The notes under the pieces were generated by a model. That model made no database searches, was not told where the DNA came from, and saw nothing but the letters and a program-made list of their open reading frames with translations. Source: Acidimicrobiales bacterium (lineage in GTDB: Bacteria; Actinomycetota; Acidimicrobiia; Acidimicrobiales; JAJPHD01). From it: a stretch of DNA of 64,000 nucleotides. The stretch spans positions 10,543 through 74,542 of the forward strand of contig JAVKSL010000004.1 in assembly GCA_039583695.1 (NCBI GenBank), given 5' to 3'. Each line of letters starts with the position of its first letter. Positions within the stretch are counted from its first letter, which is position 1. The translations under genes and the position numbers were made by a program. Below are positions 45,915-56,688 of this stretch, in pieces.

Positions 45915-46106
45915 CTACGCGCTGCTGACCTCGGCCCCGCGGGGCATCACCCAGCCGGTGGCGACTAGATACTCCAGAACATCGCGCAAGCCGCCAGTCT
46001 TGAGGTTGCTCATCACCCGGCCAGGGGGAGTCTGGCCCCGCTCCCACTCGATCCAGGCGGCCAACAGCTTGGCCGGGTCGCAGGGGGCGTGATCAGGTAT
46101 CGACAT
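45915..46106 (-). CDS. Small hypothetical protein (63 aa)
   Basis: WIEWERGQTPPGRVMSNLKTGGLRDVL; TACGCT 7 nt before ATG. Confidence 0.65.
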   Translation of the reverse strand: MSIPDHAPCDPAKLLAAWIEWERGQTPPGRVMSNLKTGGLRDVLEYLVATGWVMPRGAEVSSA

Positions 46107-46133
46107 GCCTATGAGCGTAGGCTGCCCCCAACA

Positions 46134-47516
46134 ATGCCCAGCACCGTCGCCTCCCCATCACGGTCGCTCAGCGGTGCCACGTGGAGTCGATGGGCATTCA
46201 TCGCCGCGCTCCTAGCAGCCTTCGCCGCGTACCGCATCATCCTGGTACTCGCTGGCCCAGCGCTGATCTGGCAGGATTCACTCTTCTACAAGTCCGTGGG
46301 CCGCCTACCCATCCTCTCTGGCGGGTTCTGGGCTGGGCACTTCCCTTTCGTGACGCCCCTGCTGTGGAAGCTGACCGGTACCGATACCAGCTTTGTCGTC
46401 ACCCAAACCGTCTTCTCCGTACTGGCGTGGGCAACAGCTGCCCTGGTGATCGCTTCTGTGATCAAGCGGGGTTGGGGACAGGTCCTGGCTGTCCTGTTCG
46501 TGCTGGCCCTGGCTTCCAGCAGCTACGTGACCATGTGGGATCGCTCGGTCCTGTCCGAGACCACCAGCCTGGCCTTCGTGGCGCTTCTTGTCGCCACCCT
46601 CATCGCCTTCGCGAGCAAGCCCAGCTGGGTCTGGTTCGGGGCAGTGGTTGTGTCCGCCACCGGAATGATCTTCTCGCGCGACTCCAACACCGTCACCATC
46701 GGCCTGATCGCGCTCGGGATCTTGGTGGTGTCACCATTTGCCTTCAGCTGGCACCCGCCGCGCCGACTCCTCACCCTCGGCGCAACCCTGCTTCTCGTCG
46801 CCCTCCTCGCCGAGGGACTCGCCGCGGCGGCCGGCCGGGACGGCACCTATACCCTCGATGATCTCTACGTGCGGGTCTTTCCCTACCCCGCCAGGGACGC
46901 CTTCTTCGCTGCCCACGGCATGCCCGATTCCGCCTTGGTCGAACAGCTGGCCGCCAGCACGCATCCGTCGCCTGATCAGGCACCGGTCGTCGTGCCCGCC
47001 GACGACGCGGCCACGGCGGCCCTTTACAACTGGATCGACGCCGGACACGCGACCACCACCTACGCGCTGTGGCTGATCACCCACCCGATATTCGTGATCA
47101 GCGCGCCCTTCCAGTCCCCCCAGGAGGCGTTCAACTACGCCAACGGGAAGCTGGGCTTCTACGCGGCGCTTGGCTCGCCGATGACGCCGGTGCTGAGCAC
47201 GGCCCTGTTTCGCTGGTGGGCCACGGCAGCGGAGACGGCAGCTGCAGTGGCCCTGGCACTGGTCCAACGGCGCAGGCGCTCAGCCCTGCACGACCACCCA
47301 ACCAGCCCTGCCCCCTGGCTATCCCGAGAGTGGCAAGTTGCCGCCGCCCTCGCCCTGATGGGGCTGCTTGCGATGCTGATCGCCTGGCAAGCGGAAGGTC
47401 AAGAGGTCACACGACACATGCTCGAGGGCAGCGTCGAACTCAGGCTGGCGGTGCTGGCCCTGCTGGCGTTCGGAGCAAGTAGCGTGAGCCAGCGCTGGGC
47501 TCTGCATGCAAAGTAG
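46134..47516 (+). CDS. Polytopic membrane protein, GT-C-like
   Basis: DS..Y in the first loop, VLSET motif, about 10 TM; function inferred. Confidence 0.65.
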   Translation: MPSTVASPSRSLSGATWSRWAFIAALLAAFAAYRIILVLAGPALIWQDSLFYKSVGRLPILSGGFWAGHFPFVTPLLWKLTGTDTSFVVTQTVFSVLAWATAALVIASVIKRGWGQVLAVLFVLALASSSYVTMWDRSVLSETTSLAFVALLVATLIAFASKPSWVWFGAVVVSATGMIFSRDSNTVTIGLIALGILVVSPFAFSWHPPRRLLTLGATLLLVALLAEGLAAAAGRDGTYTLDDLYVRVFPYPARDAFFAAHGMPDSALVEQLAASTHPSPDQAPVVVPADDAATAALYNWIDAGHATTTYALWLITHPIFVISAPFQSPQEAFNYANGKLGFYAALGSPMTPVLSTALFRWWATAAETAAAVALALVQRRRRSALHDHPTSPAPWLSREWQVAAALALMGLLAMLIAWQAEGQEVTRHMLEGSVELRLAVLALLAFGASSVSQRWALHAK

Positions 47517-47541
47517 CGCTACCAGCGCTATCATAGCGCTA
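47514..47541. promoter_or_regulatory. TA operon promoter/operator
   Basis: Three AGCGCT boxes; perfect IR agcgctat-c-atagcgct containing -10 TATCAT 6 nt before ATG. Confidence 0.7.
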
Positions 47542-47783
47542 TGGCCACTATCCAGATTCGCAACGTCCCCGAGGCTGTGCGGCGCATCTACCAGGCTCGC
47601 GCAGCGGCGTCCGGCATGAGCCTGCAGGCGTACCTTCTCGCTGAGATCGTTTACAACGCTGGGCTTCGGTCACCCGATGACCTGGTCGCAGAGGTCGAGC
47701 AACGGATACTTGACGAAGGTGGAGCGGGATTCTCAGAAGGGTCCGCCGCGGAGCTGGTGCGGGCCGAGCGCGAGTCGCACTGA
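47541..47783 (+). CDS. vapB: Ribbon-helix-helix antitoxin (FitA/VapB-like)
   Basis: MATIQIRNVPE...RAAASGMSLQAYL; upstream of a PIN toxin. Confidence 0.85.
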   Translation: MATIQIRNVPEAVRRIYQARAAASGMSLQAYLLAEIVYNAGLRSPDDLVAEVEQRILDEGGAGFSEGSAAELVRAERESH

Positions 47784-47789
47784 CCACGG

Positions 47790-48185
47790 GTGACAGTCAC
47801 CGATGCCTCGGTGCTGGTGGACGCCCTCGTCGGAAATGGCTCACACGGCGAGCGAGCAAGGAAAGAGCTGCGAGGTCGCAACGTTCTCGAGGTGCCTGCA
47901 ATCTTCAAGGCCGAAGCGACGTCGGCTCTTCGGGGCCTGGTCCTTCGGGGCGAGCTGAGCTCCATACGGGCGGCGACGGCACTGCAGCAGGTCCGGCAAA
48001 CGAGGGCAATCCAGTACCCGTTCGAGCCATTTGCCAGACGCATATGGGAGCTGCGAGACAACCTCACGGTGTACGACGCGTGGTATGTCGCGCTGGCGGA
48101 GTGGCTTGGCGCTGACGTGGTCACGGCGGACGAGCGGCTGGCAAGCGCTGCCGGCCCTCGCTGTCCCATCCGTCACCTAGCCTAG
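47790..48185 (+). CDS. vapC: PIN-domain toxin
   Basis: DASVLV, E, YDAWYVALA, TADERL acidic residues intact. Confidence 0.9.
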   Translation: MTVTDASVLVDALVGNGSHGERARKELRGRNVLEVPAIFKAEATSALRGLVLRGELSSIRAATALQQVRQTRAIQYPFEPFARRIWELRDNLTVYDAWYVALAEWLGADVVTADERLASAAGPRCPIRHLA

Positions 48186-48297
48186 CAACCGACTGAGCCA
48201 ATCGCCGCGGCCACCAAGACGCGGTCGGGTGCCTCCTCTTGGAAGACACCCGACCGGGATTGGGGGGTTCTCGGAGGTTGCGGCCCCCCGAGTGGTG

Positions 48298-50249
<1,952 letters not shown>

Positions 50250-50292
50250 CTGGGAAAACGCCTCCTTGTCGCGGGCGCCTCGGTGACGCCCA

Positions 50293-50319
50293 TTAGCACT
50301 CTAACCTTGCGAGTGCTAA
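50293..50319. promoter_or_regulatory. CIRCE element (HrcA operator)
   Basis: Exact TTAGCACTC-N9-GAGTGCTAA upstream of groES. Confidence 0.97.
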
Positions 50320-50369
50320 CGATAGCGGGCGCGGGCGCTCTCCGCCCCACCTTTTTGAAAAATTGAACT

Positions 50370-51446
50370 CTACGAGCCGAGCCCCCGTGCCCACGAAGGT
50401 CCCATCGCCGGTTCGACCCCCGTGGCGAGTGAGCTAGGCCCGTCCGAGCAAAGCCGCCACCACCCCGCCGCGGCCACCATCGCCGCGTTGTCGGTACACA
50501 TCGCCCGGCTGGGCACGAACGCGGCCAGACCATCCGCCGCGCAAGCCGCCACTATGCGCTCCCGCAGCTCGGAGTTGGCTGCCACCCCACCCGCCAGGCA
50601 GATGGCCCTGGCCCCCAGCTCGCCAGCAGCCCGGCGGGCCTTTGATACCAGCACGTCGGTGACGGCTCGCTGAAAGCTGGCCGCCACGTCGGCCGTGCCC
50701 GCCTCGGGGTGAGCCCTCACGTAGTGGATGACCGATGTCTTGAGCCCGCTGAACGAAAAATCCCACCCGGCATCCATCATCGCCCGCGGGAAGCGGATCG
50801 CCCCGGGGTCTCCCACGGAGGCGAGACGGTCGATCTCGGGCCCGCCCGGATAACCCAGGCCCAGGAACCTGGCCACCTTGTCGAACGCCTCGCCGGCCGC
50901 GTCGTCGAGGGTCTGGCCCAGCAGGCGGTAGCTGCCACGAGCCTGCATCTCGATGAGCATGGTGTGTCCGCCGCTCACCAGCAGCACGATCATCGGGAGC
51001 GCCAGGTTCGGCTCCTCCAGGGACGCGGCGTACAAGTGGGCCTCGAGGTGGTTCACCCCCACGAAAGGCACCCCCCACACCAGGGCCATCGCCTTGGCCG
51101 CGCTGACCCCCACCAGCAGCGAGCCGATGAGGCCCGGTCCGACCGTGGCGGCCACGGCGGCCAATGCGGGCTCGGGGCCTGCTCCAGGAGGGCCGCTGGT
51201 GCCAACCGGGCGGGGATCCAGGCCGGCCTCCAGGAGGGCCTCGGCAATCACCGGGGTGAGCAGCTCCACGTGGGCCCGGCCGGCCAGCTCGGGCACCACT
51301 CCCCCGAATCGCGCGTGCAGGTCGATCTGGCTGGAGACCACCGAGGAGACCACGTCCCGGCCAGCGACGACAACGGCCGCCGCCGTCTCGTCGCACGAGG
51401 TCTCGATGCCAAGCACCGCCTGGCTCGCCGCAGGCTGGCTCACCAT
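50370..51446 (-). CDS. tsaD: tRNA t6A threonylcarbamoyltransferase
   Basis: GIETSCDET, HLEAH, SGGHT, DDAAGEAFDK, FSFSGLKT, CTDNAAM. Confidence 0.96.
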   Translation of the reverse strand: MVSQPAASQAVLGIETSCDETAAAVVVAGRDVVSSVVSSQIDLHARFGGVVPELAGRAHVELLTPVIAEALLEAGLDPRPVGTSGPPGAGPEPALAAVAATVGPGLIGSLLVGVSAAKAMALVWGVPFVGVNHLEAHLYAASLEEPNLALPMIVLLVSGGHTMLIEMQARGSYRLLGQTLDDAAGEAFDKVARFLGLGYPGGPEIDRLASVGDPGAIRFPRAMMDAGWDFSFSGLKTSVIHYVRAHPEAGTADVAASFQRAVTDVLVSKARRAAGELGARAICLAGGVAANSELRERIVAACAADGLAAFVPSRAMCTDNAAMVAAAGWWRLCSDGPSSLATGVEPAMGPSWARGLGS

Positions 51447-52039
51447 CTGGCTGCCGGCTCCACGATCGTCGAACCAGGCAGAGCCGCCTCGATCTCAGCC
51501 AGGCGCCGGGCGTAGGAAGGCGTCTCGATCGACGAAACGGTCATCAAGAGGGCATCCTCGTTGGTCTCGGCGTAGTAGTTGCGCCTGATGCCCACCGGGC
51601 TCATGCCGAACTGGCGGTACAGGGCTTGGGCGCCCAGGTTGCCCACCCTGACTTCAAGGGTCAGGCCGGTCGCTTCCCGCTCCAGCGCCGTGTGGGCCAG
51701 GGTCAGGAGCAGGCGGGTGGCTATATGGTGGCGTTGCCAGTCCGGTGCAACCGCGATGTTGGTCACGTGGGCCTCGTCCCCGGTCAGCATCAGCCCGGCG
51801 TACCCGACAACCTCGCCGTCCACCTTGGCCACGTAGTACGCCCTCGCGCTGCGCAGGGCCAGCTCGCTCACGAACAGGGCCAACGACCACGGATGGGGAT
51901 ATACCCTGGCCTCGATGCGCATGACCGACCTCAGGTGGCGCCGGCGCATCGGGACCAGGTGAACCACCAGGTCTCTTGCACTCGAATCGGGCGGCGGATC
52001 GGTTCCACCGGCAATCAAGTCTGGTCCCCGCGCAGCCAC
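51440..52039 (-). CDS. rimI: Ribosomal-protein-alanine N-acetyltransferase
   Basis: PWS, HVTNIAV, TLEVR..N..AQALY..FG, RRNYY..EDA; start uncertain. Confidence 0.92.
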   Translation of the reverse strand: MAARGPDLIAGGTDPPPDSSARDLVVHLVPMRRRHLRSVMRIEARVYPHPWSLALFVSELALRSARAYYVAKVDGEVVGYAGLMLTGDEAHVTNIAVAPDWQRHHIATRLLLTLAHTALEREATGLTLEVRVGNLGAQALYRQFGMSPVGIRRNYYAETNEDALLMTVSSIETPSYARRLAEIEAALPGSTIVEPAARW

Positions 52040-52041
52040 CC

Positions 52042-52758
52042 TCAACCCAGGCTCTCTGCGCCTGTGGCGGCGCGACGCTCCCAGTTGATCTGGGCATCGG
52101 CCTTGCGCAGGTAGACCACCTCGATGTCCGACACCCCGACGAACTCCTCCCGCAGGACCTTGGGCCGGGCCAGCTCCACCAGGTCGCTGGCACGGGGATG
52201 AGCCATGCCAATGGCGCCGACCTCGGCACCGCGCTCGGCGGCCAGCACCTCGGCATAGCGCCGCGCCCCGTCGCCGACCAACAGGCTGGCCGAGCCCGAA
52301 GCGCCCAGCTCTGCGGCCAGCTCGGCAGGCGCCGTGATGCGGTAGTCGCCCACCCGCTGGATCCCACCCGGGACCTGGCGGTAGAAAGCCCAGTAGATCT
52401 CTCCCTTGCGGGCGTCGATCACCGAGGCAATGAGACGCTCGGTGTGGCGAACAGGGAATGCAAGCAGGTCCAGGCTGGAGAGTCCGATCATCGGCACCCG
52501 TAGCGCCGCAGCGGTGGCCTTGGCCGCCGACACCCCCACTCGCAGCCCAGTGAACAGGCCCGGTCCGACGTCCACCGCCACGACACGCACCTCGGCGAGG
52601 CCGACCCCCGCTTGGGTGCAGACCCACTCGATGGCCGGGGTGAGCAGCTCGGCGTGACGCCGGCTGGCAAAGATATGAGTGGAGGCAAGGACTCCTCTGT
52701 GATCACCGAGTGCCACACCCACGTGCGAGGTGGCAGTCTCGATCCCGAGCACGATCAT
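52042..52758 (-). CDS. tsaB: t6A biosynthesis protein TsaB
   Basis: LGIETAT, GPGLFTGLRVG, DARKGEIY, YLRKADA. Confidence 0.93.
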   Translation of the reverse strand: MIVLGIETATSHVGVALGDHRGVLASTHIFASRRHAELLTPAIEWVCTQAGVGLAEVRVVAVDVGPGLFTGLRVGVSAAKATAAALRVPMIGLSSLDLLAFPVRHTERLIASVIDARKGEIYWAFYRQVPGGIQRVGDYRITAPAELAAELGASGSASLLVGDGARRYAEVLAAERGAEVGAIGMAHPRASDLVELARPKVLREEFVGVSDIEVVYLRKADAQINWERRAATGAESLG

Positions 52759-53258
52759 CTCGGGCGCCACCTGTCGACCGCCAGTTCGAGGTCCGCCGCG
52801 CGCCGCATCCAGGCCCGGCCGACCGGACACAGCTCGATACGGCGCTCGTCGACAACGAAGTCGTCGGGGCTCTCCCCCGGAGGGCGGGTGATGCGCACCT
52901 CGAGGAAGTCCGGGCGCAGCGCCGGGGCCGCCATGTCACCCCACTCGATCAGTGCCACTCCCCGCTCGTCGAGCAGCTCGGGCAAACCCAGGTCCACCAC
53001 CTCTTGGAGCTGGTCCAAGCGGTACACATCGGCGTGAAGCATCTCGAGGCGTCCTCGATACGACCTGAGCAGGACGAAAGTCGGGCTGGTTACCGGCTCG
53101 CCGACGCCGAGACCCAGCCCGAAGCCTTGAGCAAAGGTGGTCTTGCCGGTTCCCAGATCCCCGATCAACAAGAGCACGTCGCCCGGACAGACCATCCCGG
53201 CCACCGCCGCCGCCAGCTCTTTTGTGTCCTCGGCCGACTTGGTGACCAGGAAGATCAT
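52755..53258 (-). CDS. tsaE: t6A biosynthesis ATPase TsaE
   Basis: GDLGTGKT, VTSPTF, HADVYRL, IEWG; true start ATG 53258. Confidence 0.93.
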   Translation of the reverse strand: MIFLVTKSAEDTKELAAAVAGMVCPGDVLLLIGDLGTGKTTFAQGFGLGLGVGEPVTSPTFVLLRSYRGRLEMLHADVYRLDQLQEVVDLGLPELLDERGVALIEWGDMAAPALRPDFLEVRITRPPGESPDDFVVDERRIELCPVGRAWMRRAADLELAVDRWRPR

Positions 53259-53824
53259 GTGGCTGGAACCCCCGACGCGAGAAGGCGCTTGGCCCGGATC
53301 AGATCGGCGCGCATCATAGCCAGCATCCCTCCGCCACCCCGCAAAGCCGCTGCCGGGTGGAACGTCGGGACCAGAGAGCTGCCCCGGAACGGATAGACCC
53401 TGCCCCGCAGGGAGCTGATCGTCTCCGTGGTCTGTAGGAGCGTCCTGGTGGCGAAGTTGCCCAAGGTCACGATCACCAGCGGAGCGATCAGGTCCACCTG
53501 GGCATCCAGGTACGGTCGGCAGGCCGCGATCTCGTCCGGCTTGGGATCCCGGTTTCCCGGCGGTCGGCACTTGACCACGTTGGCTATGTAGCACGCTGAG
53601 CGGTGGATGCCCAGCTCCTCTGCCATCAGGCGGTCGAGCAGCTTGCCCGAGCGACCCACGAAAGGCACCCCGGCAAGGTCCTCGTCGTGTCCGGGACCCT
53701 CCCCCACGAACATGAGAGCGCCTTGGGCGTCGCCTGCCCCGAACACGACGTTGGTCCTGCCCTGGGCCAGCGCGCACCGAACGCAGCACTTGGCCTGCAC
53801 CTCGAGATCGGCCAGCGTGGCCAC
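53255..53824 (-). CDS. Uracil-DNA glycosylase family 4
   Basis: CxxC, GEGPG, PFVGRSG, NVVKCRPPGNR, TFHPA. Confidence 0.93.
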   Translation of the reverse strand: MATLADLEVQAKCCVRCALAQGRTNVVFGAGDAQGALMFVGEGPGHDEDLAGVPFVGRSGKLLDRLMAEELGIHRSACYIANVVKCRPPGNRDPKPDEIAACRPYLDAQVDLIAPLVIVTLGNFATRTLLQTTETISSLRGRVYPFRGSSLVPTFHPAAALRGGGGMLAMMRADLIRAKRLLASGVPAT

Positions 53825-53976
53825 CTGACGGAGCGTACCGGTTCAGCACCCCGCTACAGCCATCCGGCAACCTGACCGGGAGGCAAGCAGCCATAATGGG
53901 CCTGTCGAGCACTACGAGCAGGTCCAGCAAGCCTGAATCTCCACAGTTGCTACAGCCATTGGCTATAAATGGGGAG

Positions 53977-55479
53977 ATGGCCGCATCGACGCCCACTGAC
54001 GATCCCAGATTGCGGGTCTTCGCCTATGCCGTGGCTGAGAAGGCCTGGCTGTACGTACCGCTCGTGGACACCCTAATGGCCGCCAAGGAACGATTCCGGC
54101 TCCAGCTCCGGCCCGCCGAGTTGGCCCGGGAGCTACCGGGCTCGGTCGTCGAGGAGGTGGCCGAAGCCCTGGACGCCCTAGAGGCCTGGGGCAACGTCAC
54201 CAGGTTCTACGACACCACGGCTCCCGAGACGCTGGGCGAGTTCTACTCCAAGCGGTTCTTGTACCAGCTCACCGAAGCCGGGGTGGCCGCGCACGAGGGG
54301 ATCCGCGCGGTGCGCCGGGCCGGTCTGGACAGCGGTCGGCTATCGGGCGTGCTCCTGCCGGGGATCATCGAGCGACTTGCAGCCATCAGCGTGGAGGCAG
54401 GCAGCGGCCATCCCGACGACGCAAGGGTGTACCACCTCCTGGTCGATCTGTTCGCCAGCTTCGCCGAGCTGGCAGACAATGCCGCGCGCTACATGAACGA
54501 CCTTGCCCAAGAGACCAGCGAGATCGCAGGTGACGATGAGTCCTTCGCCGCCTACAAGGCTGCAGTGTTCACCTACCTCGATGAGTTCGTGGCCCGCTTG
54601 GCTGCCACGGTGCCCCAGATCGCGGACGCGATCACCAATCTGGATCCGCAGATTGACGACCTCATCGGCCTCGCGGCCAAGACCGACACCGCACCCGTGC
54701 GCACCGGCACCGACGACGGGCTGCGCTCCTCGTTCGCCTCGCGCTGGTCAGGAGTGAGAGCCTGGTTCGTGGCCCAGGGAACCGAGCCACCCATCGCCAC
54801 CTCCCTGCGCATGGCGATGCTCGACGCCCTCAACCGGATACTTGCGGCAGTGGGCAGGCTTCACGAGCAGCACTTGCGCCGAGTGACCCGGGAGGCCGAC
54901 TTCACCCAGCTCGCCCGGTGGTTCTCCACAGCCACGCCCGAAGAGGCGCCCCTGTTGTGGGATCGGGCATTCGGCCTTTACCCGGCCCGCCACTTTGCCG
55001 AGGCGGCGGGGGACGAGGAGTCCGAGCGCGGAGCCAGCTTCTGGGACGTCGCGGCGGTGGAGGTGGCACCCCGTTTGCGGGCGACGGGCACCCGCGCTGC
55101 CCCGGGACGCCCTGGCCAGGGCGCTGATTACACCGCGGCGAAGACGGCCGGCCTGGCGCGCATCCGCTCAGCCCAGCGCCAGGCAGGGCTCGCCATGGCC
55201 CGCCTGGCAAGGCGCACCCCGACTCGACTCTCCCATCTTGGCAAGCTGGACGGTGAGGAACTCGCCCAGTTGCTCGAAGTCTTCGACGCGGCGCTGTCCG
55301 CGCGCCCAGGTACCGACGGGACCCGTTGCGCATCCACACCGCTGGTCGGCATCACGATGCGCCCCGTCCCCGGCACCCGTCAGGCAGTCATCGTCACCCC
55401 TGCCGGCACGCTGATCTGTGCCGACCAAGCCATTCACATCTGGCTTGCTGGCGAAACCCGGGCAGAGGCGGTGGGCTGA
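53977..55479 (+). CDS. jetA: Wadjet type II JetA (TIGR02677/DUF2397-like)
   Basis: L..WGNV..YDT, YQLTEAG, FAAYK...YLDEF, DFTQLARWF, FGLYPARH; first of four coupled genes. Confidence 0.85.
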   Translation: MAASTPTDDPRLRVFAYAVAEKAWLYVPLVDTLMAAKERFRLQLRPAELARELPGSVVEEVAEALDALEAWGNVTRFYDTTAPETLGEFYSKRFLYQLTEAGVAAHEGIRAVRRAGLDSGRLSGVLLPGIIERLAAISVEAGSGHPDDARVYHLLVDLFASFAELADNAARYMNDLAQETSEIAGDDESFAAYKAAVFTYLDEFVARLAATVPQIADAITNLDPQIDDLIGLAAKTDTAPVRTGTDDGLRSSFASRWSGVRAWFVAQGTEPPIATSLRMAMLDALNRILAAVGRLHEQHLRRVTREADFTQLARWFSTATPEEAPLLWDRAFGLYPARHFAEAAGDEESERGASFWDVAAVEVAPRLRATGTRAAPGRPGQGADYTAAKTAGLARIRSAQRQAGLAMARLARRTPTRLSHLGKLDGEELAQLLEVFDAALSARPGTDGTRCASTPLVGITMRPVPGTRQAVIVTPAGTLICADQAIHIWLAGETRAEAVG

Positions 55480-55482
55480 GCC

Positions 55483-56688
55483 GTGCAATCGTCTGAGCTG
55501 CAACGGGCCGAGCTTCGCCAGGCAGTGAGGGGCCTTGTCGCCGAGCCGCTGGTCGAGCGGGGCAGCCCCGTCCTCGCACTGGCCCGGCGTCACCGCGCCG
55601 AGCTGACCCGCTGGTTTGCGGACGAGCTGGGCTACCGCCTCGATGCCACCCGCCCTGGAGTCATTCGCCTGGCCAAGCTCCCCGGCCCCGGCCACGCCCC
55701 GAGGGGCCTCTCCACCCGGACTGGCCGCCCATTCGATGGGCGCCGGTACGCCCTCACCTGCCTGGTGCTCGCATCCGCCGAGAGCGCCGGGGAGCGAACC
55801 ACCCTGGCCCGGCTGTTCGAGGATGTCACCGTTCGGGCGTGTGTGATCGAGGGGCTGGAGTGGGACGCGGGGGTCGCGGCGAACAGGCGCATCTTTATCC
55901 AAGCAGTCCAGGCGGCGACTGATCTCGGAGTGCTGGAGAAGGCCGAGGGAGACGAGGAGCGCTTCGCCCGGGGAGAAGCCGGCGGGGACGCCCTCTACCG
56001 GGTCGACCGGGAGCGGCTCTCGCTGCTTCCCACTGCCCCGCAACCGCCGTCGCTTGCCGCCTCGCCGGCTGCCGTAGCAACCGAGGCGTACCCCGACACA
56101 GAGGACGGGCGGGCACGGCGTCGCAGGCACCGGGTCACCCGCGCACTCGTCGAGCAGCCCGTGGTCTACCGCGATGACCTGGCGCCCGACGAGCTCGACT
56201 ACCTGCGCTCCCAGCGGGCACGCTTGGAGCGTATCCTGGACGAGAAGGTCGGGTTGACCCTGGAGGTACGCGCCGAGGGGTGGGTGACGGTGGACCCAGC
56301 CGGCGAGCTCAGTGACCTGCGCTGGCCTGAATATGGCGCCGCCGAGACAACCGCGCTGCGTCTGTGCGATGAGCTCGCCGCCCGCAAGCGCCGGGGGGAC
56401 CCCGATTCTTGGCCAATCGACAAGGTGAACGGCTTCGTGCGACGACTGGCCGTCGAGTACGCTGGCTACTGGAGACAGGGCGCCGACTCTCCAGCCGGCG
56501 CAGAGGCGCTGGGTGCTCAGGCCTTGAGCATCCTGGTGGCGGCCAGGCTGTGCAGGCGGGGCCCTGGCGGGATCGAAACCCTGGCGGGAGCAGCCCGCTT
56601 TGCGGCTGCCGAGCCGGTGAGGACCGCACCAGCGTCCCAGCTGTGGACCTCAGAGATCTCAGAGACCTCAGAGACGGAGGACCCTTGA
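55483..56688 (+). CDS. jetB: Wadjet type II JetB (TIGR02678/DUF2398-like)
   Basis: WF...LGYRL, RLAK, RRYAL.CLVLA, LVEQPVVY, EVRAEG. Confidence 0.82.
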   Translation: MQSSELQRAELRQAVRGLVAEPLVERGSPVLALARRHRAELTRWFADELGYRLDATRPGVIRLAKLPGPGHAPRGLSTRTGRPFDGRRYALTCLVLASAESAGERTTLARLFEDVTVRACVIEGLEWDAGVAANRRIFIQAVQAATDLGVLEKAEGDEERFARGEAGGDALYRVDRERLSLLPTAPQPPSLAASPAAVATEAYPDTEDGRARRRRHRVTRALVEQPVVYRDDLAPDELDYLRSQRARLERILDEKVGLTLEVRAEGWVTVDPAGELSDLRWPEYGAAETTALRLCDELAARKRRGDPDSWPIDKVNGFVRRLAVEYAGYWRQGADSPAGAEALGAQALSILVAARLCRRGPGGIETLAGAARFAAAEPVRTAPASQLWTSEISETSETEDP

